Below, in pieces: positions 47,904 to 58,816 of a DNA stretch of 64,000 nt (the first letter of the stretch is position 1; each line of letters starts with the position of its first letter). The stretch is from Setoptus koraiensis. Taxonomy: Eukaryota; Animalia; Arthropoda. The stretch is from positions 11,222,001 to 11,286,000 of the forward strand of contig CM106586.1 in assembly GCA_048013815.1 (NCBI GenBank), read 5' to 3'. A program made the position numbers and the translations under genes. The notes under the pieces were generated by a model. The model ran no database searches and was not told where the DNA came from. It saw nothing but the letters and a program-made list of their open reading frames with translations.

Positions 47904-48801
47904 TCAGGGTCTATGAAATCTAAATGAGGGTAATGATGAGATAAAGGGGAAGAGAGAGAGAGAGAGAAAGTTATTTAGGGATTGGTTAGTTTTGGTTAGT
48001 TATTCCTCTTGCAGCTACGATAGAAGAATAATGTTGAAATTAATATGAGAAGGCCTGAGTAGATGTGGCTTACCTTGTGAGGTGGCGACTTTCTTCGTGG
48101 ACCTCCATCTCTAAACTCTTGAATTCGTTCAATTCTTTCCTTATTGCAGCTTTCTCCTCTTGGGTTAACCTGGTCCAAGGCTTATCTGCGCCCCTATCAT
48201 AGTCTTGGGCTTGGGTAACTTCGATATAATCATTGAATCGCATTATGCGCCGTCGTTTGAGTTCCTCCACGGTGGGCCTGATGCTCAACTTCCTTGTTAG
48301 GGTCTGTCTCTTTTGTTCGAGCTCGTGCTGACGTTCCTCGTCGGTACGATAGACAATGATATTCCTCTGTTCTAATTCGTCCACTGTTGGCCTCATGCTT
48401 AGTTTTCTATTTAAAATCTGACTGACGGCCTCTCGTCGCTTGTGCCATTCCTCTAGGCCGATGGATAAGTTTTCAAATTTTTTAAATTCTACTACATCTT
48501 CTTTGTTTTTGCTATTTGGCTCTAAATTGTCGCGTGATGCGGCTTGAAATTTGTTGTTGTTATTGTTGTTGCTCCTACTGATGTTGTTGTTGTTATTATT
48601 GATATTATTGTTGTGGCGACATTCGGAGGCGGATAAATCCTGTGATGATGGCTCGACAACATTGGGAGGCTCTAGATTTGGGGTCTCTATATGCAACGAA
48701 GATGGTTCTTCCTTTGTGACAGCTACTGCCTTAATAATCTTTCTCCTGAATGAATTGAGTATTTTTCTCAATTTCAATCTATTTCTGAAATCCATGGACA
48801 T
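47904..48801 (-). CDS. PHACTR: Phosphatase and actin regulator (Phactr), minimal form; exons 48801-48074 and 47919-47904, 247 aa
   Basis: Two RPEL motifs and the PP1-binding tail RFNDYIEV...[14 protein letters not shown]...[14 protein letters not shown] phase-2 GTAAGC...TTTAG intron (154 nt) supplies a 16-nt terminal exon that completes the conserved RFHRP*. Confidence 0.93.
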
Positions 48802-49232
48802 ACATAGAATTAAACGTTGGAAGACGATAAAAGAGTTTTTGTGAGAATTGCTTCTATATAAGTATATATGAGTTTCTATGAAACAGTTACAATACAGTTG
48901 TTACATTATTACTGTATACAATATTATTGTTGTTGCTAGAGTTGTTGTTTTTGTTGATGCTACTTGTATCATAACTGTGAACTGTGTTGACAGATGTGCT
49001 AGCAGTTTCATCACAGATTTGGAGCGGCAATTTTAAACAAACTATTTTTTTTTTCGTACATCATGCTCACATGCATGTCATACTGATGGTAGACACGTGC
49101 TTTCTTTGACCATCTAAATATAAATGAGGTAATGTAACTGAATTTTCTTGTGAATCTATACTGCATACCCGCTTTGGGTCAATCTAACTCAGTTGTGATT
49201 GTTAAATCTATACCCAGCTGCCCCGGTTGGAA

Positions 49233-50450
49233 ATGGCCGCCAGACAAGCGACACAATTCCTTGAAATATGTAAGACTAGATATGCCGTTGACTCCATGAC
49301 AAATGTCACGCCCAGGATTCTATCGACAATCGGCAAATGCCTCTACGAAAAACGTGACAGCCCCATATATTTTATCAGTGAACGTGTTAGACAATTCTTC
49401 AATGCCAACTTATATAATGAGCACAAATATCCATCACCGGTGGTCACAACAAAGGACAATTTCGATTCGTTGCTCATACCAAAAGATCATGTGTCCAGAG
49501 ATAAACGAGACACCTATTACGTTAATGCCCAGCACCTCCTCAGGTCTCATACATCGGCTCATCAGATGCACTGTCTAAAGCGGGGATCAAATGCATTTCT
49601 GTGTATAGCGGATTGCTATCGTCGAGACTCTATTGATTCTAGCCACTTTCCCGTCTTCCACCAGTGCGAAGTATTCAAATTATACAACGACAAAGAAGCC
49701 TTGGCAACAACTGCAAATCGTGCCATTAACACATTATATGATGACAGAGGAGTGGAAACTGAACAAAAACAGTCCATATACAACCTAGAAGCAAGCAAAT
49801 TCGTCGAAGTGGAGCTCAAGAAAACAATCGAGCGATTCGTGCTCGATTTGCTCGATGATCCGACTCTACAGATGAGATGGGTTGGGGCCTATTTTCCCTT
49901 TACTCACCCTAGTTTCGAATTGGAAATATTTTGGAAGAATCAGTGGATTGAAATACTTGGTTGTGGCATTGTCAGAGACGATATACTCAAGAATGCAGGT
50001 ATTAGAGATCACATTGGTTTTGCTGCAGGCTTCGGTTTGGAACGATTGGCCATGCTCAAGTATCAGATCAACGATATTAGACTGTTTTGGAGTGATGACG
50101 CTGGTTTCTCCAGTCAATTCATTAATAAGTCACCCAATGATAAGATAATATTTAGACCCTTTGCACAATCGCCGCCTTGTATTAATGACCTATCGTTTTG
50201 GCTTCCAAGCGAGAGTGATTCAGATATGACGCCGAATGATTTTTATGATCTAGTCAGAAGTGTGGGTGGTGATCTTGTGGAGACGGTAACTCTGATTGAT
50301 GAATTTAAAGATAAGTCCAACAGAGTATCTAACTGCTACAGGATAGTATACAGGTGTTGTGATAGAGCCCTGTCTAAAGAAGAAGTTAATGCTATACATG
50401 AAAACATAGCACAATCCTGTTGTGAGCGTTACGGGGTGCAAATAAGATGA
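49233..50450 (+). CDS. FARS2: Mitochondrial phenylalanyl-tRNA synthetase, intronless CDS, ~405 aa
   Basis: HVSRDKRDTYYVN, LRSHTSAHQ, YRRDSIDSSHFPVFHQCE, YFPFTHPSFELEI and GFGLERLAM motifs, plus the C-terminal FDX-ACB domain (INDLSFWLP...DLVETVTLIDEF). Confidence 0.96.
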   Translation: MAARQATQFLEICKTRYAVDSMTNVTPRILSTIGKCLYEKRDSPIYFISERVRQFFNANLYNEHKYPSPVVTTKDNFDSLLIPKDHVSRDKRDTYYVNAQHLLRSHTSAHQMHCLKRGSNAFLCIADCYRRDSIDSSHFPVFHQCEVFKLYNDKEALATTANRAINTLYDDRGVETEQKQSIYNLEASKFVEVELKKTIERFVLDLLDDPTLQMRWVGAYFPFTHPSFELEIFWKNQWIEILGCGIVRDDILKNAGIRDHIGFAAGFGLERLAMLKYQINDIRLFWSDDAGFSSQFINKSPNDKIIFRPFAQSPPCINDLSFWLPSESDSDMTPNDFYDLVRSVGGDLVETVTLIDEFKDKSNRVSNCYRIVYRCCDRALSKEEVNAIHENIAQSCCERYGVQIR

Positions 50451-50588
50451 CGGCAGTCATTATTTATAGTGAATTTTTTTATGTACAAATATAATCTATT
50501 ATTAAATGATTCCTATTAGAGTGGTGTCAAAGAAATAAAACAAAGTTTGAAGTCCAAAAACAGTGGTTCCGTTTCTACACGACTGATT

Positions 50589-52334
50589 TTACCTCCTATA
50601 ACGAAGCCGCTCAAAATGAAACCATAACTGGAGTATATTGTTGTTGAACTGGTTCTTGAATCCTCGTTTACCAGATTTATTCCATTTTCTTTTTACGATC
50701 CTAAATGCGATATCTTCGTACGGTGGTCCCGCCGAAAAACGGATGACCTCAAAATCTTCATTATCTCGGCAAGGTGTCAAAGTGTATGTTGGTGTTTTGG
50801 TTCTGTCTATGAGATCGGGATAGAAAATATTGAACTTGTAGCCCTGAACTACTTTTGGCGGGGGGTTATCAATATCATAATGGGTCTGATTGTACTTGTT
50901 CCACTCAAATCCTGTATGAACACGATTGAAGTACCTTGGTTTTCTTGGTCTATACTTATCGGCACAATTATAACTCATGTGTCGATTTCTGCTACTGGCT
51001 ATATTCTCTTCACAGCTGAATGAAGCCTCTTCATTACTCATTCCTTTTCGAGCTGCCTCCAAGAAAGCTCTTTCGTCACTAGATAATGTCGCTAGTTTTA
51101 CTTCGCTTTCACTGGTCGCATTCATGACCTTCTTTCGTTGGCGACCGAGTGAATCTGTATCTTCATCAAAATCTACAGTCACTATACCTGGTTCAAGTTT
51201 GTCGAAAGGTATCAGAGTGGGTGAATATCTACCATCAACATAAGCCTTGACACATTGTCCTCTCTCCAAATTTATGTTTGTATCCTCATCCTCTTCATCA
51301 TCGCTCTTACTGTCAGCTGTGGTAAGTGTTGAGCTAGACGAGGGTTCCCCACCGATAGGGGCGTCTGTAGAGCAAATCTGGTCCGATGTTTGAGGAACTT
51401 CACCAACCGGCGAGGGAGATCTTTCTCTTATATTTGATTTGTCCAGTCGCAAGCTCGTCTCTTTGGACATTTGTTCTGCTTTTTTGCGCAAATTGTCTTT
51501 ATGTCTCTCCTTGATCCTGTTTCTAGCACTACAAGCTCTCAAACGTGATAAGGCACTCTCCCAAAAACCGAAATCTACAGATGGATCATCCTTGTTACTG
51601 AGTTTTTCTTTTATTCCTTTCTCCAATTCATTCAATTCTGGAAGTGACATTTTTTCAAACGACGCCATAACTTCCATGGCGATTTTTGGATTGATACTTT
51701 GATGACTCGTGCTGGCCTGACATTTGTTACTGTTTTCTTTGGCCGCTCTCAATTTCGCCAATTCATCAGTAGTTATCACAAGAAGATCGCGCCAATAGTT
51801 TAAATTTGATCCACAATCTATGCTCATAAACAATTTGATGTCTGCTTCCAATTCTTCCAAATCGCTAATGCAAAGTCCATTGAAACGTTCTCTGGGATCA
51901 ATAAACTCGATGGGACTGTCGCTTAGGTCAATTTGTTCCTCTTGCATAAAAATGCGACCCGTCTCTTCTTCAACACTCTCCCCAAATACACTTATATAGT
52001 GAGCAAATAAGTCAATGGGTTTCGCTCGACCATCTCTGATTCTGATCTTACTTCTGAGTCTTTGTTGACGCAAGACAAAGTTATCCTCTTGTTGTTCCCA
52101 ATGCTCGTATTGTTCGGCTTCCTTTTGTCGCTGTAGAAACTCGCCATCTCTTTGTTTTTGTTCGTATTCTAATTCTCTCTTCAATTGTCTTTCTTTGATT
52201 CGCTCTAGCTCGGCTAAAGATTCCTTTTTATTTCGTTCGTTAATTAATTCGATCTCTTTCTCGTCGAGTTCCTCGCCCCTTTCTTCGTACTTCTTTTTCC
52301 AAATGAAAGTCTTTTGATGTTTCTCTAAGTCCAT
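50589..52334 (-). CDS. CACTIN: Cactin (spliceosome C* factor), intronless, 581 aa
   Basis: FIWKKK, QRLRSKIRIRDGRAKPIDL and the C-terminal CactinC domain KPRYFNRVHTGFEWNKYNQTHYDIDNPPPKVVQGYKFNIFYPDL...LWFHFERLRYRR. Confidence 0.97.
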   Translation of the reverse strand: MDLEKHQKTFIWKKKYEERGEELDEKEIELINERNKKESLAELERIKERQLKRELEYEQKQRDGEFLQRQKEAEQYEHWEQQEDNFVLRQQRLRSKIRIRDGRAKPIDLFAHYISVFGESVEEETGRIFMQEEQIDLSDSPIEFIDPRERFNGLCISDLEELEADIKLFMSIDCGSNLNYWRDLLVITTDELAKLRAAKENSNKCQASTSHQSINPKIAMEVMASFEKMSLPELNELEKGIKEKLSNKDDPSVDFGFWESALSRLRACSARNRIKERHKDNLRKKAEQMSKETSLRLDKSNIRERSPSPVGEVPQTSDQICSTDAPIGGEPSSSSTLTTADSKSDDEEDEDTNINLERGQCVKAYVDGRYSPTLIPFDKLEPGIVTVDFDEDTDSLGRQRKKVMNATSESEVKLATLSSDERAFLEAARKGMSNEEASFSCEENIASSRNRHMSYNCADKYRPRKPRYFNRVHTGFEWNKYNQTHYDIDNPPPKVVQGYKFNIFYPDLIDRTKTPTYTLTPCRDNEDFEVIRFSAGPPYEDIAFRIVKRKWNKSGKRGFKNQFNNNILQLWFHFERLRYRR

Positions 52335-53115
52335 TGTTTCGACTTTTAGTTATAAAGGAATGCCAATAAAAGACAACGTATCGAACATTACAAGTGATGA
52401 TTCGCAACGCTCGAACATCTGAAAATAATATTCACATCAGCTGATCACCATGGTCGACCATATGATACACGAATGTGAAGGGGGTTCGCTGCTAGATTTT
52501 TTCTTGAACTAAAAAGGCTGCGTTAGCTTGCACATCGTATTTTTCGAGCGGCTGATTTCGGCTTTCTGTGCAATTCTTGCCTTATTATTTTCTTTTTTTA
52601 ATTTTCGCAACTTAGACCAAAAGTGATGTCACAGAAAGAACTTTCCGAGGCCCATGTTGGAAACGTAAATGGCCGCACCATGATTCTTCAACCACGCCTG
52701 AACTAATGATTGCAAATACTAGAATTTCACGAGAACGTATTCGCAACAAGAAGGTTTCAATTCATCATGCCGGAAACCCAAGATGTGGTAGAATGCATAT
52801 GGTGGGGTTGTGACCATTCTACCACGTCTATAATTAGCGGCACGATGATTGAGACTCTCAGCCTGAGAGGACGTTTCCGGTGGTACGCTATCGATTTTTG
52901 GTTAGTACTCAATTAGGGAATACTCGTGAAAACGAGATGGGCGGTAGATACATATTTTTCTTTCTACTCTCGACGAGAATGCTTAGGCACTGAATACATT
53001 TGAACTATGAGGCTTACTATCGCCAATAACGCGTTTTTAACACGTAGTCGACTGCAAACATAACTATGGTTTATTGAAATAACTTGAAAAGTTCAATACA
53101 AGACAAACAAATCAA

Positions 53116-54786
53116 TCATCGATTATGGCTATGATTTCGTGAAGCAGCTACAATGTTCTTGTAGGCTGCATGATTCTGGGAGCGCCTGAATACTGTTGGC
53201 GACCTACATGGACCAACAGAGGAAGCTTGCTGACTTGAGTTGGCTGATAATGAAGAATTGAGTGTCGGGTCGTTGACGCAATTTGTCAATTGTTTCATTT
53301 GTTGTTGTTTAGGCGAGGGCCATAATTCATCTTTATAGGAAGCACTCTTCCATGTTGTTGAGACTGGTGAAATATTGTTGGACCTGGATACTTCAGTCAA
53401 ACTTTGAGGAGATTGTCGTTGATTATATTTACTAAACTGGGATGATGGTGATCCTTGGTCGCTAGATGGAGATGGAACGGACGAACCGCTAATTGGTGAA
53501 TTATACCTAACGCCATTGACTACTGTAGTATCACAAAAAGAATCCTGACTTTGACTGATATAGGTGGTTGCCGTGTGATCGTGCAGTCTACTATCTAGCT
53601 GATGCTGCTGATGAAACGGTTGTTGATGCTGGATTAGATGCGATTGTTGTAATAGCTGATGATGTTGCTGTTGTTGATTTTGTTCATATCTGTAACATAA
53701 ATTGTTGTGACTATTACTCCTTGTAATTGTATTCAATCCGTTTGTAATGATAGCATGATTTTTAACGCCATAGTCGTTATTAAGTTTGTTGAACCCGCTT
53801 TTACAAAGATTATTTTCATTTGGCGGAAAGCATGAGTTCTGGGACGAGCTGGTCATCGAACTGGACCGGAGCAATGGTTGATGGGGCTGTTCTAATCTAT
53901 TATCAAAAGCTATATTTTGTCCAAATTGTTGTTGAGTGGTGTTAGCTAACGTAATTGGCACCTGATGCTGTTGAATTGGCTGCTGGCGTTGCTGATCTGA
54001 TGTAGTTGCTTCGAAGTCATCATAGTATGTACGAGATCTTTTTGGGATTTCATCAACCGGAGAATTGGTATCTAAATGTCGAATTCCTTCTGCTAGATGC
54101 TTAGAGGACACATTACTTGACCTAGATCCTAGTGGAACTTGGTTCGATGTAGAATGGAGAATCTTTGAATTGGTTAAATTGGGTAATGAGCCTGTATTTG
54201 AAGTCGATATCTGGATTGGATTGATTGTTCCTCCAACATGCTCATCTTCAATAGAACATATTTCAATGCCGGGAACTTTGCAAGATTTTGGTGTTTCTTG
54301 AGCAGCTTGCAAATAGTTCTGCTTTGGAGTTTGTTGGACTCGTGAACTCATAGGCATGCATTGAGGTTCATAAGTCTGGTGTTGAACTGGTAATATAGAA
54401 GAGGATATATGAGAAGACAAGATTACGATTGCGGATATAACAAAAATTTCAACATTTTATGTGAACTGATCAAATTGATTGTGTATACTTACGCGAATTG
54501 TATTGATTTTCATTGAACGTTCCACACGTTAGAGAGTTGGTATACTCTGTACTACAACTGTCATTAACTAGAGGAGCTATTTGTTCCTGAATAGTGTCTC
54601 CTTCTGTGATATTATTTCTTTGTACATAATCAAAAGTCGAATCTTTTATCTGTGTAGAGTCATGGCAATGTTCGTTATGATCAGTTACTTGGTTATACCC
54701 CTCACAAGAGAGTACCGTCTCATCTTGCAAATAAACACTCGATAGATCAGGTAAATCATGCGGCTCCCCCAGGTTAGTTGGATTGT
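53116..54786 (-). CDS. CRTC: CREB-regulated transcription coactivator (CRTC/TORC)-like, partial; exons 54786-54493 and 54386-53116
   Basis: PKSCKVPGIEICS...SNTGSLPNLTN matches the conserved CRTC segment PKSCEVPGINIFPS...NTGGSLPDLTN. The phase-1 GTAAGT...ACCAG intron is 106 nt. The upstream exon starts at an acceptor (TTCAG) and no start exon was found. Confidence 0.62.
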
Positions 54787-54862
54787 CTGAATTGTGAAAT
54801 ACAAATATATCATCACATTATCACAAAGTATCTAAACGTTAACAATGTTAACTCTATAGGAA

Positions 54863-55077
54863 CAGAGTTCGATGGTCACAATTCGAACTTTGAAATTCGA
54901 AATTGAAAATTCGAATTTCTGATGATAGTTTCATCTGCTTCGTCGAAGTTCGATGGTCAGAGTTCGGTGGTCACATTTCGAACTTCGAAATTCGGAATTG
55001 AAAATTCGAATTCCTGATGACAGTTCCATCTGCTCGTTCGATGTTCGATGGTCAGTGTTCGATGGTCGGAGTTCGAT
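54863..55077 (-). repeat. Isolated block of the TTCGAA/GAACTCTGACCATC satellite in reverse orientation
   Basis: GTTCGATGGTCA and TTCGAAATTGAAAATTCGAATTTCTGATGA units are the reverse complement of the 59.5-62.5 kb array. Confidence 0.95.
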
Positions 55078-55321
55078 TCGTCTCGCTTAATGACATAATA
55101 ACCATAACATGAAGGAAACAACTGATTGCGAACTTCGTCACGGTATCTTTTTGGAAGAGTAGTCTTCTCTTGCTTGGAGACAAGGTTCGATCAGGTCTCT
55201 CTGCATTTCATTGACAGAAAGATAAAACAATCCAGAAATTCTACATGCTTATTTTTTACTAGTTGACTTAAAATTTAATACATAGTACCAAAATAATTAA
55301 TCAAACTCATCATAACTATTA

Positions 55322-55798
55322 TTATCTTATCCTGAATCTTCTCCTGAGGGAAATAATCAATTCGAGTGTCCCCTCTTTTCTATATGTTTTCAATCGTAAC
55401 CTAGTTAATCTTTTAGTTTCTTCAGAATAGTGTTTTCCTCTCCTGATAAGTGCCATGCTAATCACTATTATGTTGTGCCAGTGTATCAAGTTGTCAAGAG
55501 AGAATTTTCTTTTTAGTTCTTCGACAGTAAACTTGGATAGAATATTTTTGATTTTGTCGATGGATGTCATTATAGTCACTATCGCTCCATTGTAATGATC
55601 TAATTGTTGTAAAGAAATCGTTCTATCCAACGGAATTTCCATTATTTGACCACAATATTTTTCAACTGAAGCAGTCAACTTGTAAATCTGACGACTTAGA
55701 TCACTTGGAGCGACCTTGGTTAATAAATGCCCATTGAAAATCTTCGGTTTCACCCATAGTCCAGGTACTTTCGCGCCGGTAGGTGGATTTTTCAGCAA
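55322..55798 (-). other. Unassigned ORF (158 codons, no leading ATG), in frame with the aminopeptidase fragment across one TAA
   Basis: Open frame of protein-like composition; no family recognised. Confidence 0.3.
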
Positions 55799-55828
55799 CG
55801 AGGCCCGTCTACCCTCCGATTGTTGCTG

Positions 55829-56341
55829 TTACTCTAGCGCCGTCGCACACCAACGTGCAGATGCCTTAATTTGTGTTGTATCCGATTGTATAAAGAAGGC
55901 TTGACGTATCTTGATATTCTCATTGGCATGAAGACTGATAAATCTGATGCCGTCGTCGCTCGGCATTGAAGTTATATTGAGTGATATCAGCAACTGGCCA
56001 GAGAAACGTGTTCGACATGAATCAGCCTTGATTCTTAATGTATAAAATATCGGCTGAATAAAATCTGACACTTCATGTCGGATAAATTTGTTGTTAAGAT
56101 TCTCGCTCAAAACTAAAGTTTGATTGTCCACTGATTCCCCGCTTATCTCACTACTTTTGTTGTTAACGAAATTTGAATCTTTGGCTATGGAAACAGATGT
56201 ATCTTGATAACTTCTTTGGGTTAATGTCGAATGTTCTAGAGATCGATGAGGACGAAAAGCTAACACAGCAAGAGATAGTTCTATACTTAATAGATATGGG
56301 AGGACTAATGATAAATAAATAATTTTCTTTATGCTCAACAT
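55829..56341 (-). pseudogene. M1 aminopeptidase (APN/ERAP-like) N-terminal fragment, 170 aa
   Basis: Signal/anchor MLSIKKIIYLSLVLPYLLSIELSLAVLA, then IQPIFYTLRI...RFSGQLLISLNIT...ISLHANENIKI, which resembles the first beta-strands of M1 peptidases. Similarity stops at about 55865; no GAMEN or HEXXH motif. Confidence 0.6.
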
Positions 56342-56556
56342 TTTGTATGATTCCGTCTTTGAGTTCTGTTGATTGTTGGCCAATTTGAATTGATGTTGGA
56401 TAAAATGTTTTCTTAATGAGCAGCTATTGCTGTTAATTCTTAGGGATTTGCGGTAACTTTTGATGAACAAATCAAGAAGAGATCTAGCGTCCACAGTTGG
56501 TAGCCAACGATGTCCGACTTATGAGTTTGTGACTATCAAGTAAAATGCACGTTGAT

Positions 56557-58816
56557 TCAATGCTCATTGGGCGACAGCTTATGATTATTTGCCAGCTGTT
56601 GTTTGGTGTTCAATTTGTTGCATACATCTAAACTGTTGCTGCTGTTTGTCTCGGGGCCCAGTAGAAATGTTTGCGAGGCCGGCGTACTTGTGGCGCTGTG
56701 AGTAGTTGCGTCATGCTGTTTAGAGGCCAAGTGAGTTGTTGTTGCAAGCTGACGTTGTGGTTTCAATCTGACAATGCTGGCCATGTTCGTTAGCGAAAAC
56801 ATGGGCGCTATTGGAGTGGCGCCAGTAGGTGGTTGTTGCGCGCCAGGCAAATGATAATTGCTGGTGATTGTGGAACTCGCCTGAGTCTCTTGCTGCAAGA
56901 ACTCTGTGGTTGTTGTTGTTGCCTTTGATTCTTTTTCTTGATTGTTTGTTGATTGTTGACGATGCAAAAGTTTAGCCTGCTGTTTGTCGCCGCTGGTGTT
57001 GCTGGCGTCGGCGGCGCGTACATTTGTCAATTGCGCCAATTGTGAACTGGCCGGCGCTTGCTGCAAATGTTTTATCTGGCCCGAGAACAGACTGTCCAGC
57101 ATACTGGACCTGTGTCCGTTCTCAAATGATTGCGATCCCTCCGAAGTGATCATGGCCAGATTCTCAAAACTGCTAGCACTCACGGGACTCAGTGACGACG
57201 ACAATTCTGGCGAGCTTGTCATGCCGTCGTGCCGGTGATTCGCTGCATAATTAAAGGCTTCTGCGTGCAGTTTTTTGGGCGACTCGCCCTCGGGGCCAAT
57301 GCGATTCGCCGCAGCATCCTGGTCTCGCTGCAAACCACCGCCGCTCACACCGCCGAGACCCGACGATCGCAATCGCTGGTTGGCCCCATTGTTGTTGCTG
57401 ACAGTTGTGCCGTAATTGGCTGTTGCGGCCAGCAGTTCCGGCGGCGTGAAATATCTGGCGTTTGAGGTGGCGAAATGTCCATCGATCGATACTGGCGTCG
57501 CCGATCTGTTGCTGTGTCTCGCTGACACCGATTTAACCAACAAACTGCTTGTTGTTGCGTGGTGGTCAGTGGCACTGAGTGGCGTCCAATTGGTCGCCGA
57601 GCTCGGCGAAACAAACGGATTGATGTGTGAGGCCGTGAGCGAGGTCAGCGAATTGATTAGGTTCATGTTGAAATGGTTGCCCAGCGACAGATCGTCGCTA
57701 GCAGATTTTTTCGCTGCCTCCTCCAGTGTCGATCTGGTTTTTTGTTCTCGTTTGTTTCCGTTGGCCAGGCTCAAGTCGCCGGAATCGGCCGTCGCCGCGC
57801 CATTCAGTTGTTTGGCGCGCCGAGAATCGTCGTCCAATTGGCCGACGTAATTAATTAATGAGGCCGTGTTTGTGTGCTTCGTCTGGGCCTGTTTTCTGTC
57901 TCTGTCACTGGCGATGCTGGCATTGTTCGTCTGCTTCAAATCGGACAATTGATCATGATGATCCGACGAGTGATCTGACGCTTGCTGTCGGCGCTGCATC
58001 ATCAAACTGTGAACAGTCAGTTTGGTGGGATATTTGTCCGCGTAATCGGGCTTGCCAGGCGACTCAGTCAATGGCTGGCTCGGGCGAGAACTGTCCCCGG
58101 ACAGGCTGTGTTTGGAGGCCAACAGATGCGCCTTGAGGTGCTGCGTAGCGCTCGGAATCGAGGGCCAATTCTGTTGGAATTTCTTGGCCAAGTCACTGAA
58201 ACGTTTCTCTATTTCTTTCTTAATTGATAGGCTTGCTTCTTGTGGCCCGCTCAGTGCGTCGGCTGGCAAATTCTGGAGCGTTGATTTCGTCGAATCAACG
58301 CGCGACTATGTCTCGAAATTTTTCTCCAACTGTCTGTCGAGTTGCTTGTTGTATGCGGTTATGGCGTCATCTATTTGCGACAGGCTCTTGCTGACCTAGC
58401 TGTTGGTGTCGGCTAGTTTCGACACATTCACTTTGTCGCCATCGGATGCTCGCAATCGGCCGGCGTTTTGGCGTTTTCTGGCAAGCTTGTCAACACTGTG
58501 ATTGTGCGTGCTGGCGGGCGTTAGGCCCCTCCTGTCGGGCTCGTCGTGAATGTTATTTTCGCCGCCTTCGTCGTCGTCGTCGTAACTGACGAAAGAATTC
58601 GGCAAATAGCTGGACACTCTGGATCGTTTCAGCAACTCGGCGCCCGAGTTTCCGCTGGCCCCATAGCGACTCAGCTAATTGGCGTCAACGCTGCTGTGAC
58701 TGTTGCCCCCGTTGGGTCGGTTGGAAAAATTGTTGGACAAATTGGTGTTCGGCATGGGCACTCCCAAGCGAGCCTGATCCAGCAGCAATTGTCGTTCGAG
58801 CAAACGATACGGACCC
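56557..58816 (-). pseudogene. Long GC-rich Q/S/A/T-rich reading frame with three in-frame TAG codons; the last 570 codons are open
   Basis: ORFs 58396-58635 and 56557-58269 share one frame. TAGs at 58675-58677, 58396-58398 and 58306-58308 are its only interruptions. No family recognised. Confidence 0.5.

Noticed and set aside
2718-52334. Genome-wide reassignment of TAA/TAG as sense codons
   Set aside because: TAA terminates conserved proteins at their expected C-termini (e.g. cactin RYRR*, V-ATPase H); internal stops occur only in the repeat compartment.
52392-52448. Possible C/D snoRNA (GTGATGA ... CTGA ... CTGA)
   Set aside because: It is too short, has only a 4-bp terminal stem and no convincing C' box or verifiable rRNA target, and sits in the cactin upstream region.
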